Source: Thermoanaerobaculia bacterium (lineage in GTDB: Bacteria > Acidobacteriota > Thermoanaerobaculia > UBA5066). From it: a stretch of 64,000 bases of DNA. Location: assembly GCA_963719225.1 (NCBI GenBank), contig CAVRAY010000001.1:864001-928000 (forward strand), written 5' to 3'. The position numbers and the translations under genes are program-made. Below, in pieces: positions 39,694-56,808 of this stretch. The notes under the pieces are model-generated. The model searched no databases. It saw nothing but the letters and a program-made list of their open reading frames with translations, and was not told the origin of the DNA. Positions within the stretch are counted from its first letter, which is position 1, and each line of letters starts with the position of its first letter.

Positions 39694-39986
39694 CCGCGTC
39701 CCTGCCGCTGGACGGCGCCGGCTCCTTGAAAACTGAACAGAGACATCAGTACGCGTCTGCGAAAACAGACGCGGATTGAACAGTTTACGTGAATCCTTTG
39801 AGGAGTTTTCCGGCGAGCAACCGACGGAAAACTTGAAGCCAAAGGGTCCCGGACTCACGTCCGGGTTCCGGGAGCGCTTCTAAAATTGCTCCGAAATCGC
39901 GACGCCCCGGACGCAATGTCCGGAGCGGAGCCGACGCCCTTCGGGACGTCGTTAAACAAGAGCCTGAAATTCAAAACTTCAGAAAA

Positions 39987-41546
<1,560 letters not shown>

Positions 41547-41684
41547 GGGATCTCGGAATCGAGAGGCTCTCACGCCTCGCGGATCCGCAGTCCTGAGGTC
41601 GACGAAGGATTTCGTAGACTCGTCTCTGTTCAGTTTCCAGGGAACCGGAAGGTTCTTTCGAATCCGGACGACCCTCTTCCTGGG

Positions 41685-41761
<77 letters not shown>

Positions 41762-41805
41762 CGCTCATGGGCTCCGAGAGCTCGAGACCAGCGATGACGA
41801 GAGTC

Positions 41806-41881
41806 GGGGCTGTAGCTCAGTTGGGAGAGCGGCGGCTTTGCAAGCCGTAGGTCGACGGTTCGAGCCCGTTCAGCTCCACCA
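41806..41881 (+). tRNA. tRNA-Ala(TGC)
   Basis: GGGGCTG...TTTGCAA...CAGCTCCACCA. Confidence 0.97.
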
Positions 41882-42043
41882 ACTTTCGTCCGGGGCGAGC
41901 GGGTTTGTGAGACAGACGACTTCGGGTCGCCCTCGCGGCGATCTTCGCGTCTCAGGACGCCCGGTCTTTGACAGCAGAATCGAGTGATTAGCAAATTTTT
42001 TGAACGCGAATTATTTGTACGATTCGCGCCTGAAGTATTTTAT

Positions 42044-45035
<2,992 letters not shown>

Positions 45036-45140
45036 ATAAAATTCTCCAGGTGCGAGTCGTCGAAGATGTTCGCGTCGGAAAAAATCAGACAAGAAGCCGA
45101 TCGCTCGGTTCTGCACGGAAGCTCACGATGAAATGGAGTT

Positions 45141-45257
45141 TCCGGTGGCCTTATCGAGGGGGCTCCACCCGTTCCCATTCCGAACACGGCCGTTAAGCCC
45201 CTCGGAGCCGATGGTACTGCACGGGAAACTGTGTGGGAGAGTAGGACGCTGCCGGGA
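45141..45257 (+). rRNA. rrf: 5S ribosomal RNA
   Basis: CCCATTCCGAACAC, GATGGTACTG, GGGAGAGTAGGACGCTGCC. Confidence 0.97.
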
Positions 45258-45263
45258 AATTTG

Positions 45264-45300
45264 AAGGGCCCGGACCCAAAAGGTCCGGGCCCTTGTCTTT
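45264..45300 (+). terminator. intrinsic terminator of the rrn operon
   Basis: AAGGGCCCGGACC-loop-GGTCCGGGCCCTT followed by GTCTTT. Confidence 0.85.
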
Positions 45301-45337
45301 GCTAGTGAACCTCCCCGGCTCCGTTAGACTCGGCGGG

Positions 45338-46405
45338 ATGACGAATACGCCCAGGCGCGCGCTTCTCACCGGGATCACGGGCCAGGACGGTAGCTATCTC
45401 GCCGAGCTCCTTCTCGCGAAAGGCTACGAGGTCCACGGGATCATCCGCCGCTCGTCCTCGTTCAACACCGAGCGCCTCGACCACCTCTATCAGGACCCTC
45501 ACGTGCCGAAGCGGAACCTCGTGCTTCACTACGGCGACCTGAACGACGCGTCCTCCCTGAACCGCATCCTGCGGGTCACGGAGCCGCACGAGATCTACAA
45601 CCTCGGCGCGCAGAGCCACGTGAAGGTCTCCTTCGACGTCCCGGAGTACACGGCCGAGGTCACGGCCGTAGGGGCCACGCGCATCCTCGAAGCGATCCGC
45701 GAGGTGGGGCTCCGTCCGCGCTTCTACCAGGCGTCGTCTTCAGAGATGTTCGGAAAGGTCACGGAGTCGCCTCAGACCGAGACGACCCGCTTCCACCCCC
45801 GGTCGCCGTATGGTGTGGCGAAAGCCTACGCTTATGCCATTACAGTGAATTACCGCGAGGCCTACTCCCTTCATGCCTCGAACGGCATCCTCTTCAACCA
45901 CGAATCCCCGCGCCGCGGCGAGACCTTCGTGACGCGGAAGATCTCGCGCGCGGCCGGACGCATCGCGACCGGCCTCCAGGACGTGCTCTACCTCGGAAAT
46001 CTCGATGCGCGCCGCGACTGGGGATTCGCGGGGGACTTCGTGGAGGCGATGTGGCTCATGCTCCAGCGGGATGAGCCGGGCGACTATGTCGTCGCGACCG
46101 GAGAGACACACACGGTGCGGGAGTTCTGCGATCGCGCCTTCGCGCGGGCCGGCTGCCCGCTTCGCTGGACGGGCTCCGGAGCCGACGAGACGGGCCTCGA
46201 GAAGAAAACAGGCGCCGTGCGCGTGCGCGTCGACGTTGGCTATTTCCGCCCGGCCGAGGTGGACGTCCTTCTCGGGGACGCGTCCAAGGCGCGGCGTGAG
46301 CTGGGCTGGTCGCCGAAGGTGACGTTCGAGGGCCTCGTGAACATGATGGCGGATGCCGATCTCGAGAAAGCGCGTCACGAGTCGGGGGCCGTGCGGCCGG
46401 TGTGA
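45338..46405 (+). CDS. gmd: GDP-mannose 4,6-dehydratase
   Basis: [48 protein letters not shown]. Confidence 0.97.
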   Translation: MTNTPRRALLTGITGQDGSYLAELLLAKGYEVHGIIRRSSSFNTERLDHLYQDPHVPKRNLVLHYGDLNDASSLNRILRVTEPHEIYNLGAQSHVKVSFDVPEYTAEVTAVGATRILEAIREVGLRPRFYQASSSEMFGKVTESPQTETTRFHPRSPYGVAKAYAYAITVNYREAYSLHASNGILFNHESPRRGETFVTRKISRAAGRIATGLQDVLYLGNLDARRDWGFAGDFVEAMWLMLQRDEPGDYVVATGETHTVREFCDRAFARAGCPLRWTGSGADETGLEKKTGAVRVRVDVGYFRPAEVDVLLGDASKARRELGWSPKVTFEGLVNMMADADLEKARHESGAVRPV

Positions 46406-47499
46406 GTCGAGCCCCGGACCTGGCCGCGCGCCTCACGGAGCGCATTCGCCGCGAAGGCCCGATCCGATTTGACGTCTTCCAGGAAGCGGCGCTTTACGAT
46501 CCGAAGGACGGGTACTACGAGCGCCCGGGGCGAATTGGTCGCACGGGCGATTTCGTAACAGGTCCGTCCTGGCATCCCGCCTTTGGTCGGGCGATGGCGC
46601 GGATCGCGCTGCGGCTCGGCCTCCCCGACATCGTGGACGTCGGGGCCGGGGAAGGCGAGCTGCTCTCGGCGGCGGACGTCGCGCTTCGCACGTGGGGCGT
46701 CCGCGAGCACTTCCGTCTCGTGGGCATCGAGCGCTCGGCCGTGCGCCGCGAACGAGCCCAGCGGAACTGCCCCAACGCCGCATGGCTTTCTTCACTCGAA
46801 GAAATCCCCTCTTCTTCTCTTTCCGGACTGATCGTCGCCTACGAGTTTTTCGATGCGCTTCCGGTGAGGGCGCTTTTCTTCGAAGGTAAAAAGCTGCTGG
46901 AGCGCGTCGTGACGCTGGGGCCGGGCCGCGAGGGGTTCGCGTGGGGCGTCGCCGATTGCGCGGACGGCGCCGAAATGCTCGAGCGGTTCGAGAGCAAGGG
47001 TATCCACCTTCTAAGAAATCAAAAACTGGAGGTGCGCCCCGGCGCAGCAGGTTTGGCGAGGAGTCTGGCCGCGCGTCTTTCCTGCGGCCTCCTCCTGGTC
47101 TTCGACTATGGCGCTCCCGCGCGTGCTCTCTACTCCGCGGCGCGCGCGAACGGGACGCTCGAAGCGTTTCACGCGCACGCCGTCACGCGCGACGTGCTTT
47201 CCGACCCGGGGAAGAAAGACGTCACGGCCTGGGTGGACTTTACGGAACTGCACGACGTGCTTGCGTCGTGCGGCCTCGACGTGGCCGGGCCCGTGAGCCA
47301 GGCACGCGTCCTGTCGGCCGCCGGCATCGGAGCCGAGCTCGAGGACGCCGGGGACCAGGTTCCCAGCGCGGAACGCGCGGCCGACCGCAACGCGATCGTG
47401 CGCCTCGTCGCGCCGGGCGGAATGGGGGAGTCGATCCGCGTCCTCCTCGCTTCCCGCGGCTCGGATGTGAAGGACACTCTCCTCGCCTGGCCGGAGTAA
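46402..47499 (+). CDS. SAM-dependent methyltransferase, MidA/NDUFAF7 family
   Basis: [55 protein letters not shown]. Confidence 0.88.
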   Translation: MSRAPDLAARLTERIRREGPIRFDVFQEAALYDPKDGYYERPGRIGRTGDFVTGPSWHPAFGRAMARIALRLGLPDIVDVGAGEGELLSAADVALRTWGVREHFRLVGIERSAVRRERAQRNCPNAAWLSSLEEIPSSSLSGLIVAYEFFDALPVRALFFEGKKLLERVVTLGPGREGFAWGVADCADGAEMLERFESKGIHLLRNQKLEVRPGAAGLARSLAARLSCGLLLVFDYGAPARALYSAARANGTLEAFHAHAVTRDVLSDPGKKDVTAWVDFTELHDVLASCGLDVAGPVSQARVLSAAGIGAELEDAGDQVPSAERAADRNAIVRLVAPGGMGESIRVLLASRGSDVKDTLLAWPE

Positions 47500-47513
47500 T
47501 GCATTCGCATTGA

Positions 47514-47542
47514 TTGACTTGGAGGGGGGGCGGCAAGAGAAT
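47514..47542 (+). promoter_or_regulatory. putative sigma70 promoter of the nuo operon
   Basis: TTGACT-N17-GAGAAT; the spacer contains a G7 run. Confidence 0.5.
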
Positions 47543-47618
47543 CGCCGCGACCGTCGCCAGTGAGGGTTCCTTGCGAAAAGGCGCGGTTCCGCGAGGAGTG
47601 TGGGTCAGAATGCCGTCC

Positions 47619-47975
47619 ATGGCGAACTATCTGCCGATCCTGTACTTCGCGCTCATGGCGGCCCTGCTGCCGGTGGCGGCAATCGGCCTCATGTCGTTCG
47701 TGAGGCCTTCCAAGCCGACCGTCACGAAACTCTCCCCCTACGAGTGCGGCATCGCGGCGCCGACCGAGGCTTTCGACCACCGGTTCTCGGTGCGTTACTA
47801 CCTCATCGCCGTGCTGTTCGTGGTCTTCGACGTGGAGACGATCTTCCTCTTTCCGTGGGCGGTCATGTATCACCGGCTCAGGATTTTCGGCCTCGTCGAG
47901 ATGCTCATTTTTCTCGCGATTCTCGTCGTCGGTTATGCGTACGCGTGGAGGCGGGGGGCGCTCACATGGGCGTGA
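47619..47975 (+). CDS. nuoA: complex I subunit A
   Basis: [23 protein letters not shown]. Confidence 0.96.
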   Translation: MANYLPILYFALMAALLPVAAIGLMSFVRPSKPTVTKLSPYECGIAAPTEAFDHRFSVRYYLIAVLFVVFDVETIFLFPWAVMYHRLRIFGLVEMLIFLAILVVGYAYAWRRGALTWA

Positions 47976-48451
47976 TGGAGAACTCGCTTCCCGACAACGT
48001 CCTCACGACGACGCTCGACGGCGTCGTCAACTGGGCGCGCAAGAACTCGATCTGGCCGATGCAGTTCGGCCTCGCCTGCTGCGCGATCGAGATGATGGCC
48101 GTCGTGGACAGCCGGCACGATCTCGCGCGCTTCGGCGCCGAGGTCTTCCGGGGATCTCCGCGGCAATGCGACCTCATGCTCGTCGCCGGGACCGTGACGG
48201 AGAAGATGGCGCCGATCATCAAACGCCTCTACGACCAGATGCCCGATCCGAAGTGGGTCATCGCCATGGGCTCGTGCGCGATGTGCGGCGGCCCTTATCG
48301 CAGCTACGCGGTGACGCAGGGCGTGGACCGCATCGTGCCGGTGGACGTGTACGTGCCCGGCTGCCCGCCGCGGCCCGAGGCGCTCCTCTACGGCATCATG
48401 GAGCTCCAGAAGAAGATCGAGAAGATGCGCGTCCTGAGGCGCGTCTCGTGA
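47966..48451 (+). CDS. nuoB: complex I subunit B
   Basis: [30 protein letters not shown]. Confidence 0.97.
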   Translation: MGVMENSLPDNVLTTTLDGVVNWARKNSIWPMQFGLACCAIEMMAVVDSRHDLARFGAEVFRGSPRQCDLMLVAGTVTEKMAPIIKRLYDQMPDPKWVIAMGSCAMCGGPYRSYAVTQGVDRIVPVDVYVPGCPPRPEALLYGIMELQKKIEKMRVLRRVS

Positions 48452-48463
48452 CGGGGCTTTCGC

Positions 48464-49114
48464 GTGGCTGACGAAACCCCGAAGGAGCCGGCTGCCCCCG
48501 GAGCGGCCCCGCCGAAGCCCGCCCCGGCGCCCGCAGCAGCCGCTGCGGCTGCCGCCAAGAAGGGTCCCGTCGCCACCGACGCGTCCCAGAAATCGCTCGT
48601 GGCATCTCTCGCGGCCGCCGTGCCGGACGCCGTCCTGTCTGCGAAGGAGTTCGTGGGCGAGACCACGGTCGACGTGGCGCTCGAGAAGATCGTCGACGCG
48701 TGCCGGCACCTGAAGAAAGAGTCCTTCACGTATCTCGTCGATCTCACGGCCGTGGACTGGAAGGACCGCAAGCCGCGGTTCGACGTCGTTTATTACTTGC
48801 ACTCGTTCGAACGGAACAACGAGCGTGTCCGACTGAAGGTGAAGGTCGAAGAGGGCCAGCCTTGCCCGTCGGCCACGGCCGCGTTCGAGGTCGCGAACTG
48901 GATGGAGCGCGAGGTCTTCGACCTCTTCGGCATCCCGTTCGCGAACCATCCGGACCTCCGCCGCATCCTGACCTGGGAAGGCTTCAACGGGCATCCGCTC
49001 CGGAAGGACTTTCCGGTCGAGGGGATCGACACGGGCGCGGCGATCTACCCAGACCGGTATCCCGAAGGCGGCGGCCCCGCCCCGGACGACCCGAACCGGA
49101 AGACGCTCTCGTGA
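48464..49114 (+). CDS. nuoC: complex I subunit C
   Basis: DLTAVD, EREVFDLFGI, HPDLRRIL, GHPLRKDFP. Confidence 0.96.
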   Translation: MADETPKEPAAPGAAPPKPAPAPAAAAAAAAKKGPVATDASQKSLVASLAAAVPDAVLSAKEFVGETTVDVALEKIVDACRHLKKESFTYLVDLTAVDWKDRKPRFDVVYYLHSFERNNERVRLKVKVEEGQPCPSATAAFEVANWMEREVFDLFGIPFANHPDLRRILTWEGFNGHPLRKDFPVEGIDTGAAIYPDRYPEGGGPAPDDPNRKTLS

Positions 49115-50271
49115 GCGCGCACGTGGAAAACGGGGGGCAGTCGCCCGAGACCGAGGATCACACCCTCCTCGGACTTCGGGAGATGGAGCTGAACTTCGGC
49201 CCGCAGCATCCGTCCACGCACGGCGTCCTGCGCATCGTCCTGAAGGTGGACGGCGAGCGCATCGTCTCGGCGCGGCCCGAGATCGGCTACCTCCACCGCG
49301 GCACCGAGAAGCTGTTCGAGACCGAGACGTATCCGATGGTCATTCCTCACACGGACCGGATGGACTACGTCGCGGCGGCCACGAACAACCACGCCTACTG
49401 CCTGACGGTCGAGAAGCTTCTGGGTCTCGAGATACCCAAGAGGGCCCAGTACATCCGTGTCCTCCTCGACGAGATGCAGCGCATTTCGTCGCACCTGCTC
49501 TGGCTCGCGACGGCGGGAATCGACCTCGGCGCGATGACGCCGTTCTTCTACACGTTCCGCGAGCGCGAGGCGATCCTCGACCTCTTCGAGGAGTACTGCG
49601 GAGCGCGCCTGACGCTCCACTGCATGCGCATCGGCGGCCTCCTCGAGGACCTCACCCCCGGCTGGATCGAGAAAGTCCGCACGTTCGCGCTGCCCTTCGA
49701 CAAGCGCGTCGACGAATACGAGGAGCTCCTGACCGAGAACCGGATCTGGAAAAAGCGCACGATCGACGTCGGCATCCTGAATGCCGAGCGGTGCATCGAG
49801 ATGGGCGTCACGGGCCCGCCGCTCCGGGCGGCCGGCGTCAAGTGGGACATCCGGCGGGCGATCCCGTACGAATGCTACCCGGAGCTGGATTTCGAGATCC
49901 CGATCTACCAGAACGCCGACACGTACGACCGCTATCTCGTCCGGATCGCCGAGCTCCGCCAGAGCCGGCGAATCCTCCTGCAATGCTGTGACTGGCTGGA
50001 GAAGAACCCCGAGGGCCCGATCCGCGGCAAGACACCGCGCGTCATCAAGCCTGCCGTGGGAGAGGTCTACGCCGCGGTCGAGGCGCCGAAGGGCGAGCTC
50101 GGCTTCTACCTCGTCTCGAACGGGACGAACAAGCCGTACCGCCTCCACGTGCGGCCGCCGAGCTTCATCAACCTCCAGGCGCTGCCCGAGATGGCCGTCG
50201 GCCACCTCGTCTCGGACCTCGTCGCGATCATCGGCACGATCGACATCGTCCTGGGTGAGGTCGATCGCTGA
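49111..50271 (+). CDS. nuoD: complex I subunit D
   Basis: NFGPQHPSTHGVLR, GYLHRGTEK, EAPKGE, DIVLGEVDR. Confidence 0.97.
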   Translation: MSAHVENGGQSPETEDHTLLGLREMELNFGPQHPSTHGVLRIVLKVDGERIVSARPEIGYLHRGTEKLFETETYPMVIPHTDRMDYVAAATNNHAYCLTVEKLLGLEIPKRAQYIRVLLDEMQRISSHLLWLATAGIDLGAMTPFFYTFREREAILDLFEEYCGARLTLHCMRIGGLLEDLTPGWIEKVRTFALPFDKRVDEYEELLTENRIWKKRTIDVGILNAERCIEMGVTGPPLRAAGVKWDIRRAIPYECYPELDFEIPIYQNADTYDRYLVRIAELRQSRRILLQCCDWLEKNPEGPIRGKTPRVIKPAVGEVYAAVEAPKGELGFYLVSNGTNKPYRLHVRPPSFINLQALPEMAVGHLVSDLVAIIGTIDIVLGEVDR

Positions 50272-51452
50272 TGGAAATTTCCCCGTCTCTCCTCAACAAC
50301 GTCCTCATTCCCGTGGTGAAGGCGATCGTGATCGTCAACGTCATGGCGATCATGTCCGGCGTCCTCACGATCATCGAGCGGCGCTCCCTCGCGTTCCTGC
50401 AGGTCCGCAAGGGCCCGAACCGCGTCGGCTGGGAAGGCTCGCTCCAGTGGGTCGCCGACACGGTCAAGCTCATGTTCAAGGAAGACGTCGTTCCGGCGAA
50501 GGCGGAGCACCTGATCCACTTCCTCGCGCCCGTGCTCGTCGTGGTCCCGGCTCTCACGGTTTTCGCCGTGATTCCGTGGGGCCCCGAGTTCACGTTCCGC
50601 GTGCGAGGCCTCGGGAAGATCACGACGGGCGCGTTCGCGACGGACCTGAACGTTGGACTCCTCTTCGTCCTCGCCGTCACGTCGATCGGGATCTACGGGA
50701 TCATCCTCGGAGGCTGGGCGTCGAACTCGAAGTACGCGCTCCTCGGCGGCCTGCGCTCGGCGGCCCAGCTCATCAGCTACGAGGTGCCGATGGGGTTTGC
50801 GGTCGTGTCCGTGATCCTCATGTCGCGCTCCCTCTCGCTCGTCGAGATCATCGAGGCGCAGCGGCGGATGCACCTCTGGTTCGTCTTCCCGGGCCTCCTC
50901 GCGTTCTTTCTCTACTTCCTCTCGGGCGTCGCCGAGACCAACCGCATCCCGTTCGACCTCCCGGAGGCCGAAAGCGAGCTCGTGGCGGGCTTCCACACCG
51001 AGTACTCGGGAATCAAGTGGTCCTTCTTCTTCCTCGGCGAATACGCGAACATGGTGACGGTCTCGGCGATCGCGACGACTCTCTTCTTCGGCGGCTGGCT
51101 GCGGCCGTTCCCGAGCGTCACCGCGCTTTCCTTCCTCGACTGGATCCCGGGAATCGCGTGGTTCCTCGGCAAGATCTTCGTCTTCATGCTCGTCTACATC
51201 TGGTTCCGGGGCACGTTCCCGCGCTATCGCTTCGACCAGCTCATGAACCTCGGCTGGAAGACGCTCATTCCGCTCTCCCTCGTGAACGTCGTCGTGATCG
51301 CCGTCGCCGCCCTGAACGGCCGACGCGGTCTCCAGGGGCTCGCCTGGATCCTCTGCGGCGCGTTCGTCCTCGCTCTCGTTTTCACGACACGCTCCCGGGC
51401 GAGGGCCATGCGCATGGCGCACCCGGTTTCCCCCGCGGAGGTCCGCACATGA
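50271..51452 (+). CDS. nuoH: complex I subunit H
   Basis: RKGPNRVG, RSAAQLISYE, PFDLPEAESELVAG, PRYRFDQLM. Confidence 0.97.
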   Translation: MEISPSLLNNVLIPVVKAIVIVNVMAIMSGVLTIIERRSLAFLQVRKGPNRVGWEGSLQWVADTVKLMFKEDVVPAKAEHLIHFLAPVLVVVPALTVFAVIPWGPEFTFRVRGLGKITTGAFATDLNVGLLFVLAVTSIGIYGIILGGWASNSKYALLGGLRSAAQLISYEVPMGFAVVSVILMSRSLSLVEIIEAQRRMHLWFVFPGLLAFFLYFLSGVAETNRIPFDLPEAESELVAGFHTEYSGIKWSFFFLGEYANMVTVSAIATTLFFGGWLRPFPSVTALSFLDWIPGIAWFLGKIFVFMLVYIWFRGTFPRYRFDQLMNLGWKTLIPLSLVNVVVIAVAALNGRRGLQGLAWILCGAFVLALVFTTRSRARAMRMAHPVSPAEVRT

Positions 51453-51919
51453 GCTTCTGGGACGACGTCCTCCTTCTCGACATCTTCGCGGGTCTCAAGA
51501 CGACCGGCAGGCACCTGTTCCGCAAGGCCGACACGGTCGAGTATCCCGAGCAGGCGAGAGAGCCGAGCGACCGCTTCCGCGGAATGTTCCGCCTCGACGA
51601 GGAGCGCTGCATCAAGTGCACGCTCTGCGCGATCGAGTGTCCGATCAACATCATCTTCATCGACTGGCACAACGAAAAGAACGAGGCGGGCAAGAACGAA
51701 AAGGTCCTCGACCGATTCGATCTCGACCTCAAGCGCTGCATGTTCTGCGGCCTCTGCGAAGACGCGTGCCCGACGAACCCGAAGTCCATCTGGCTGAAGA
51801 CGAAGACGTACGAGCTGGGAACGTACGAGAGGGACGACGCCCTCTACCTCGACATCCGGAAGCTCACGAGCTGGGACCACAACGTGAAGCCCTTCACGTT
51901 GGTCGAGAAGGGCGAATAG
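51449..51919 (+). CDS. nuoI: complex I subunit I
   Basis: TVEYPE, RFRG, CIKCTLCAIECP and CMFCGLCEDACP. Confidence 0.95.
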   Translation: MSFWDDVLLLDIFAGLKTTGRHLFRKADTVEYPEQAREPSDRFRGMFRLDEERCIKCTLCAIECPINIIFIDWHNEKNEAGKNEKVLDRFDLDLKRCMFCGLCEDACPTNPKSIWLKTKTYELGTYERDDALYLDIRKLTSWDHNVKPFTLVEKGE

Positions 51920-51924
51920 GCGGG

Positions 51925-52530
51925 ATGGGCGAGCCGTTCATCTTCTGGCTGTTCGCCGCGATCGTGACGATCGGCGCCGTCGGCGTCGTCGCCATGCGGC
52001 AGCCGGTCCACTCGGCCATCTGCCTGCTCGGGTCGTTCCTCGGCGTCGCCGGGCTCTTCGTCCTCGCGCACGCCGAGTTTCTCGGCGCCGTTCAGGTCCT
52101 CGTCTACGCGGGCGGGATCATGGTGCTGTTCCTCTTCACGATCATGCTCGTCAACGTGCGGCGCACGGCGGGGGAGCCCTTCGTGCACACGCAGGCCGGC
52201 CTGGGCCTCGTCGCGGGGTTCCTTCTTCTCGCGGTCGTGGGCGGGACCGTGGTCGCGTCCTACCGCGTCCGTTCCCTCTCCGAGCTCGGCGCGGCCGCCG
52301 ACCCGACCCGGCTCTCCTCGACGCCCATCACGCGCACGGTGACCGAGGTCGTGGACGGAAAGAAAGTCTCGACGAACGTCACGGAGGACGTGAAGGGAAA
52401 CAGCCAGGCCGTCGCCTGGGGGCTCTACCGCGACTACCTGCTCCCCTTCGAGGTCGCTTCGGTGTTCCTGCTCGTCGCGATGATCGGCGCCGTCGTGCTC
52501 GGAAAACGGACGATGGAGAAAGTCGACTGA
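51925..52530 (+). CDS. nuoJ: complex I subunit J
   Basis: QVLVYAGGIMVLFLF, YLLPFEVAS. Confidence 0.96.
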   Translation: MGEPFIFWLFAAIVTIGAVGVVAMRQPVHSAICLLGSFLGVAGLFVLAHAEFLGAVQVLVYAGGIMVLFLFTIMLVNVRRTAGEPFVHTQAGLGLVAGFLLLAVVGGTVVASYRVRSLSELGAAADPTRLSSTPITRTVTEVVDGKKVSTNVTEDVKGNSQAVAWGLYRDYLLPFEVASVFLLVAMIGAVVLGKRTMEKVD

Positions 52531-52832
52531 TGATCGGCGTCACGCACTACGTCGCGCTCTCGTTCGTGCTCTTCGCCATCGGCGTCACGGGCGTCCTCAT
52601 CCGGCGGAACCTTCTGACGGTCCTGATGTCGATCGAGCTCATCCTCAACGCCGCGAACCTGAACCTGATCGCGTTCTCGCGCCACCTGGGCGACCTCAAC
52701 GGCCAGCTCTTCGCGGTGTTCGTCATCACGCTCGCCGCCGGCGAGGCCGCGATCGGCCTCGCGATCATCATCTCCATGTACCGCCTCAAAGGCTCCGTGA
52801 ACCTCGACGACGCCTCCGAGCTGAAGGGATAG
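52530..52832 (+). CDS. nuoK: complex I subunit K
   Basis: LMSIELILNAANL, AAGEAAIGLA. Confidence 0.96.
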   Translation: MIGVTHYVALSFVLFAIGVTGVLIRRNLLTVLMSIELILNAANLNLIAFSRHLGDLNGQLFAVFVITLAAGEAAIGLAIIISMYRLKGSVNLDDASELKG

Positions 52833-52835
52833 CGC

Positions 52836-55124
<2,289 letters not shown>

Positions 55125-55134
55125 AGGACGGCGA

Positions 55135-56805
55135 ATGAACGGACTCCTGTCGCTCCTCATCTTCCTGCCGGTCATCGGCACGCTCGCCGTGCTCTTCGTG
55201 CCGCGCGAGAAGCCCTCGGTCATCAAATGGGTCACGACGTTCTTCGCGGGCGCCGAGTTCCTGCTCTCGATCCCCCTCTGGACGTTCGCGGGCTTCCGCA
55301 AATCCGGCGACTTCTTCTTCCGCGAGACGCACGACTGGATCCCCTCTCTCGGCGCGAAGTACGCGCTCGGCGTGGACGGCATCGCGGCGCTGTTGATCCT
55401 CCTCACGACGCTCCTCTCCTTCATCTCCGTCTACGCGTCGTTCTCGGCGATCACGAAACGCGAGAAGGAGTACTACGCGTTCCTCCTCCTGCTCGAGACG
55501 GGCATGATCGGCGTCTTCTGCGCGCTCGACTTCTTCCTCTTCTACGTGTTCTGGGAAGTGATGCTCGTGCCGATGTACTTCCTCATCGGTATCTGGGGCG
55601 GGCCGCGCAAGCTGTACGCCGCGATCAAGTTCTTCCTGTACACGCTCGCGGGCTCGGTCGTGATGCTGCTCGCGATCATCGCGCTCTACTTCTTCAACAC
55701 GTCCGGCTTCCTCTGGTGGAAGGGCCTCGGAAACGCGCCGACGTTCGACATCGTCCACTTCCAGGCGATCGCCTCTTCGATTCCGGGAGACCTACAGCTC
55801 TGGCTCTTCTGGGCCTTCTTCATCGGCTTCGCGATCAAGGTGCCGATGTTCCCGTTCCACACGTGGCTCCCGGACGCTCACGTCGAGGCGCCGACGGCGG
55901 GCTCGGTCATCCTCGCGGGCGTCCTCCTGAAGATGGGGACGTACGGGTTCCTCCGGTTCTCGCTGCCGCTCTGCCCCGACGCGCTCTACTCGAAGGCGCG
56001 CTTCCTCGGGCTCACGACGGTGGGCTGGGTCGCGGCGCTCTCGATCGTCGGCATCGTCTACGGGTCGATGGTCGCGATGGTCCAGAAGGACATGAAGAAG
56101 CTCGTCGCGTACTCGTCCGTCGCGCACCTCGGCTTCGTCATGCTGGGCCTCTTCGCGCTGAACAACGCGGGTATCCAGGGCGGAATCCTGCAGTCCATCA
56201 ACCACGGGCTCTCGACGGGCGGGCTCTTCCTCCTCGTGGGGATCGTCTACGAGAGGACGCACACCCGCATGATCGCGGACTACGGCGGCCTCTCGGGCGT
56301 CATGCCCGTCTACGCGATGCTCTTCATGGTCATCCTGCTCGCGTCGATCGGCCTGCCGCTCCTGAACGGGTTCGTCGGCGAGTTCACGATCCTCACGGGA
56401 GCCTTCCTCGCGGACTGGCGCTGGGCCGCATGGGCGAGCCTCGGTGTCATCCTCGGGGCCGCATACATGCTTTGGCTCTACCAGCGCGTCTTCTTCGGGG
56501 AGATGACGCAGGAGAAGAACAAGAGCCTCGAGGACGTGAACCTGCGCGAAATCCTCACCCTCGCACCCCTCATCGCCATGTGCGTCTGGATCGGCGTCTA
56601 TCCGAAGCCGTTCTTCGAGATGACGGCGAAGTCAGCCGAGAAGATCGTCGCGACCGTTTCGGCGCCCGGCTTGCGCCACGCGGCCCGGGAAGCCGCGCCC
56701 CGCCTCGCGTCCGCGACGTCGCCGGGAGCGCCCTCGGCCGCCCTGCCCGCGGCGGCTGCGGCGGCTGCCGCTGCAGCCCCGGCCGCCGTGGTGGAGGTCA
56801 AGTAG
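55135..56805 (+). CDS. nuoM: complex I subunit M
   Basis: FWEVMLVPM, KVPMFPFHTWLPDAHVEAP, LLKMG, KKLVAYSS. Confidence 0.97.
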   Translation: MNGLLSLLIFLPVIGTLAVLFVPREKPSVIKWVTTFFAGAEFLLSIPLWTFAGFRKSGDFFFRETHDWIPSLGAKYALGVDGIAALLILLTTLLSFISVYASFSAITKREKEYYAFLLLLETGMIGVFCALDFFLFYVFWEVMLVPMYFLIGIWGGPRKLYAAIKFFLYTLAGSVVMLLAIIALYFFNTSGFLWWKGLGNAPTFDIVHFQAIASSIPGDLQLWLFWAFFIGFAIKVPMFPFHTWLPDAHVEAPTAGSVILAGVLLKMGTYGFLRFSLPLCPDALYSKARFLGLTTVGWVAALSIVGIVYGSMVAMVQKDMKKLVAYSSVAHLGFVMLGLFALNNAGIQGGILQSINHGLSTGGLFLLVGIVYERTHTRMIADYGGLSGVMPVYAMLFMVILLASIGLPLLNGFVGEFTILTGAFLADWRWAAWASLGVILGAAYMLWLYQRVFFGEMTQEKNKSLEDVNLREILTLAPLIAMCVWIGVYPKPFFEMTAKSAEKIVATVSAPGLRHAAREAAPRLASATSPGAPSAALPAAAAAAAAAAPAAVVEVK

Positions 56806-56808
56806 GCC

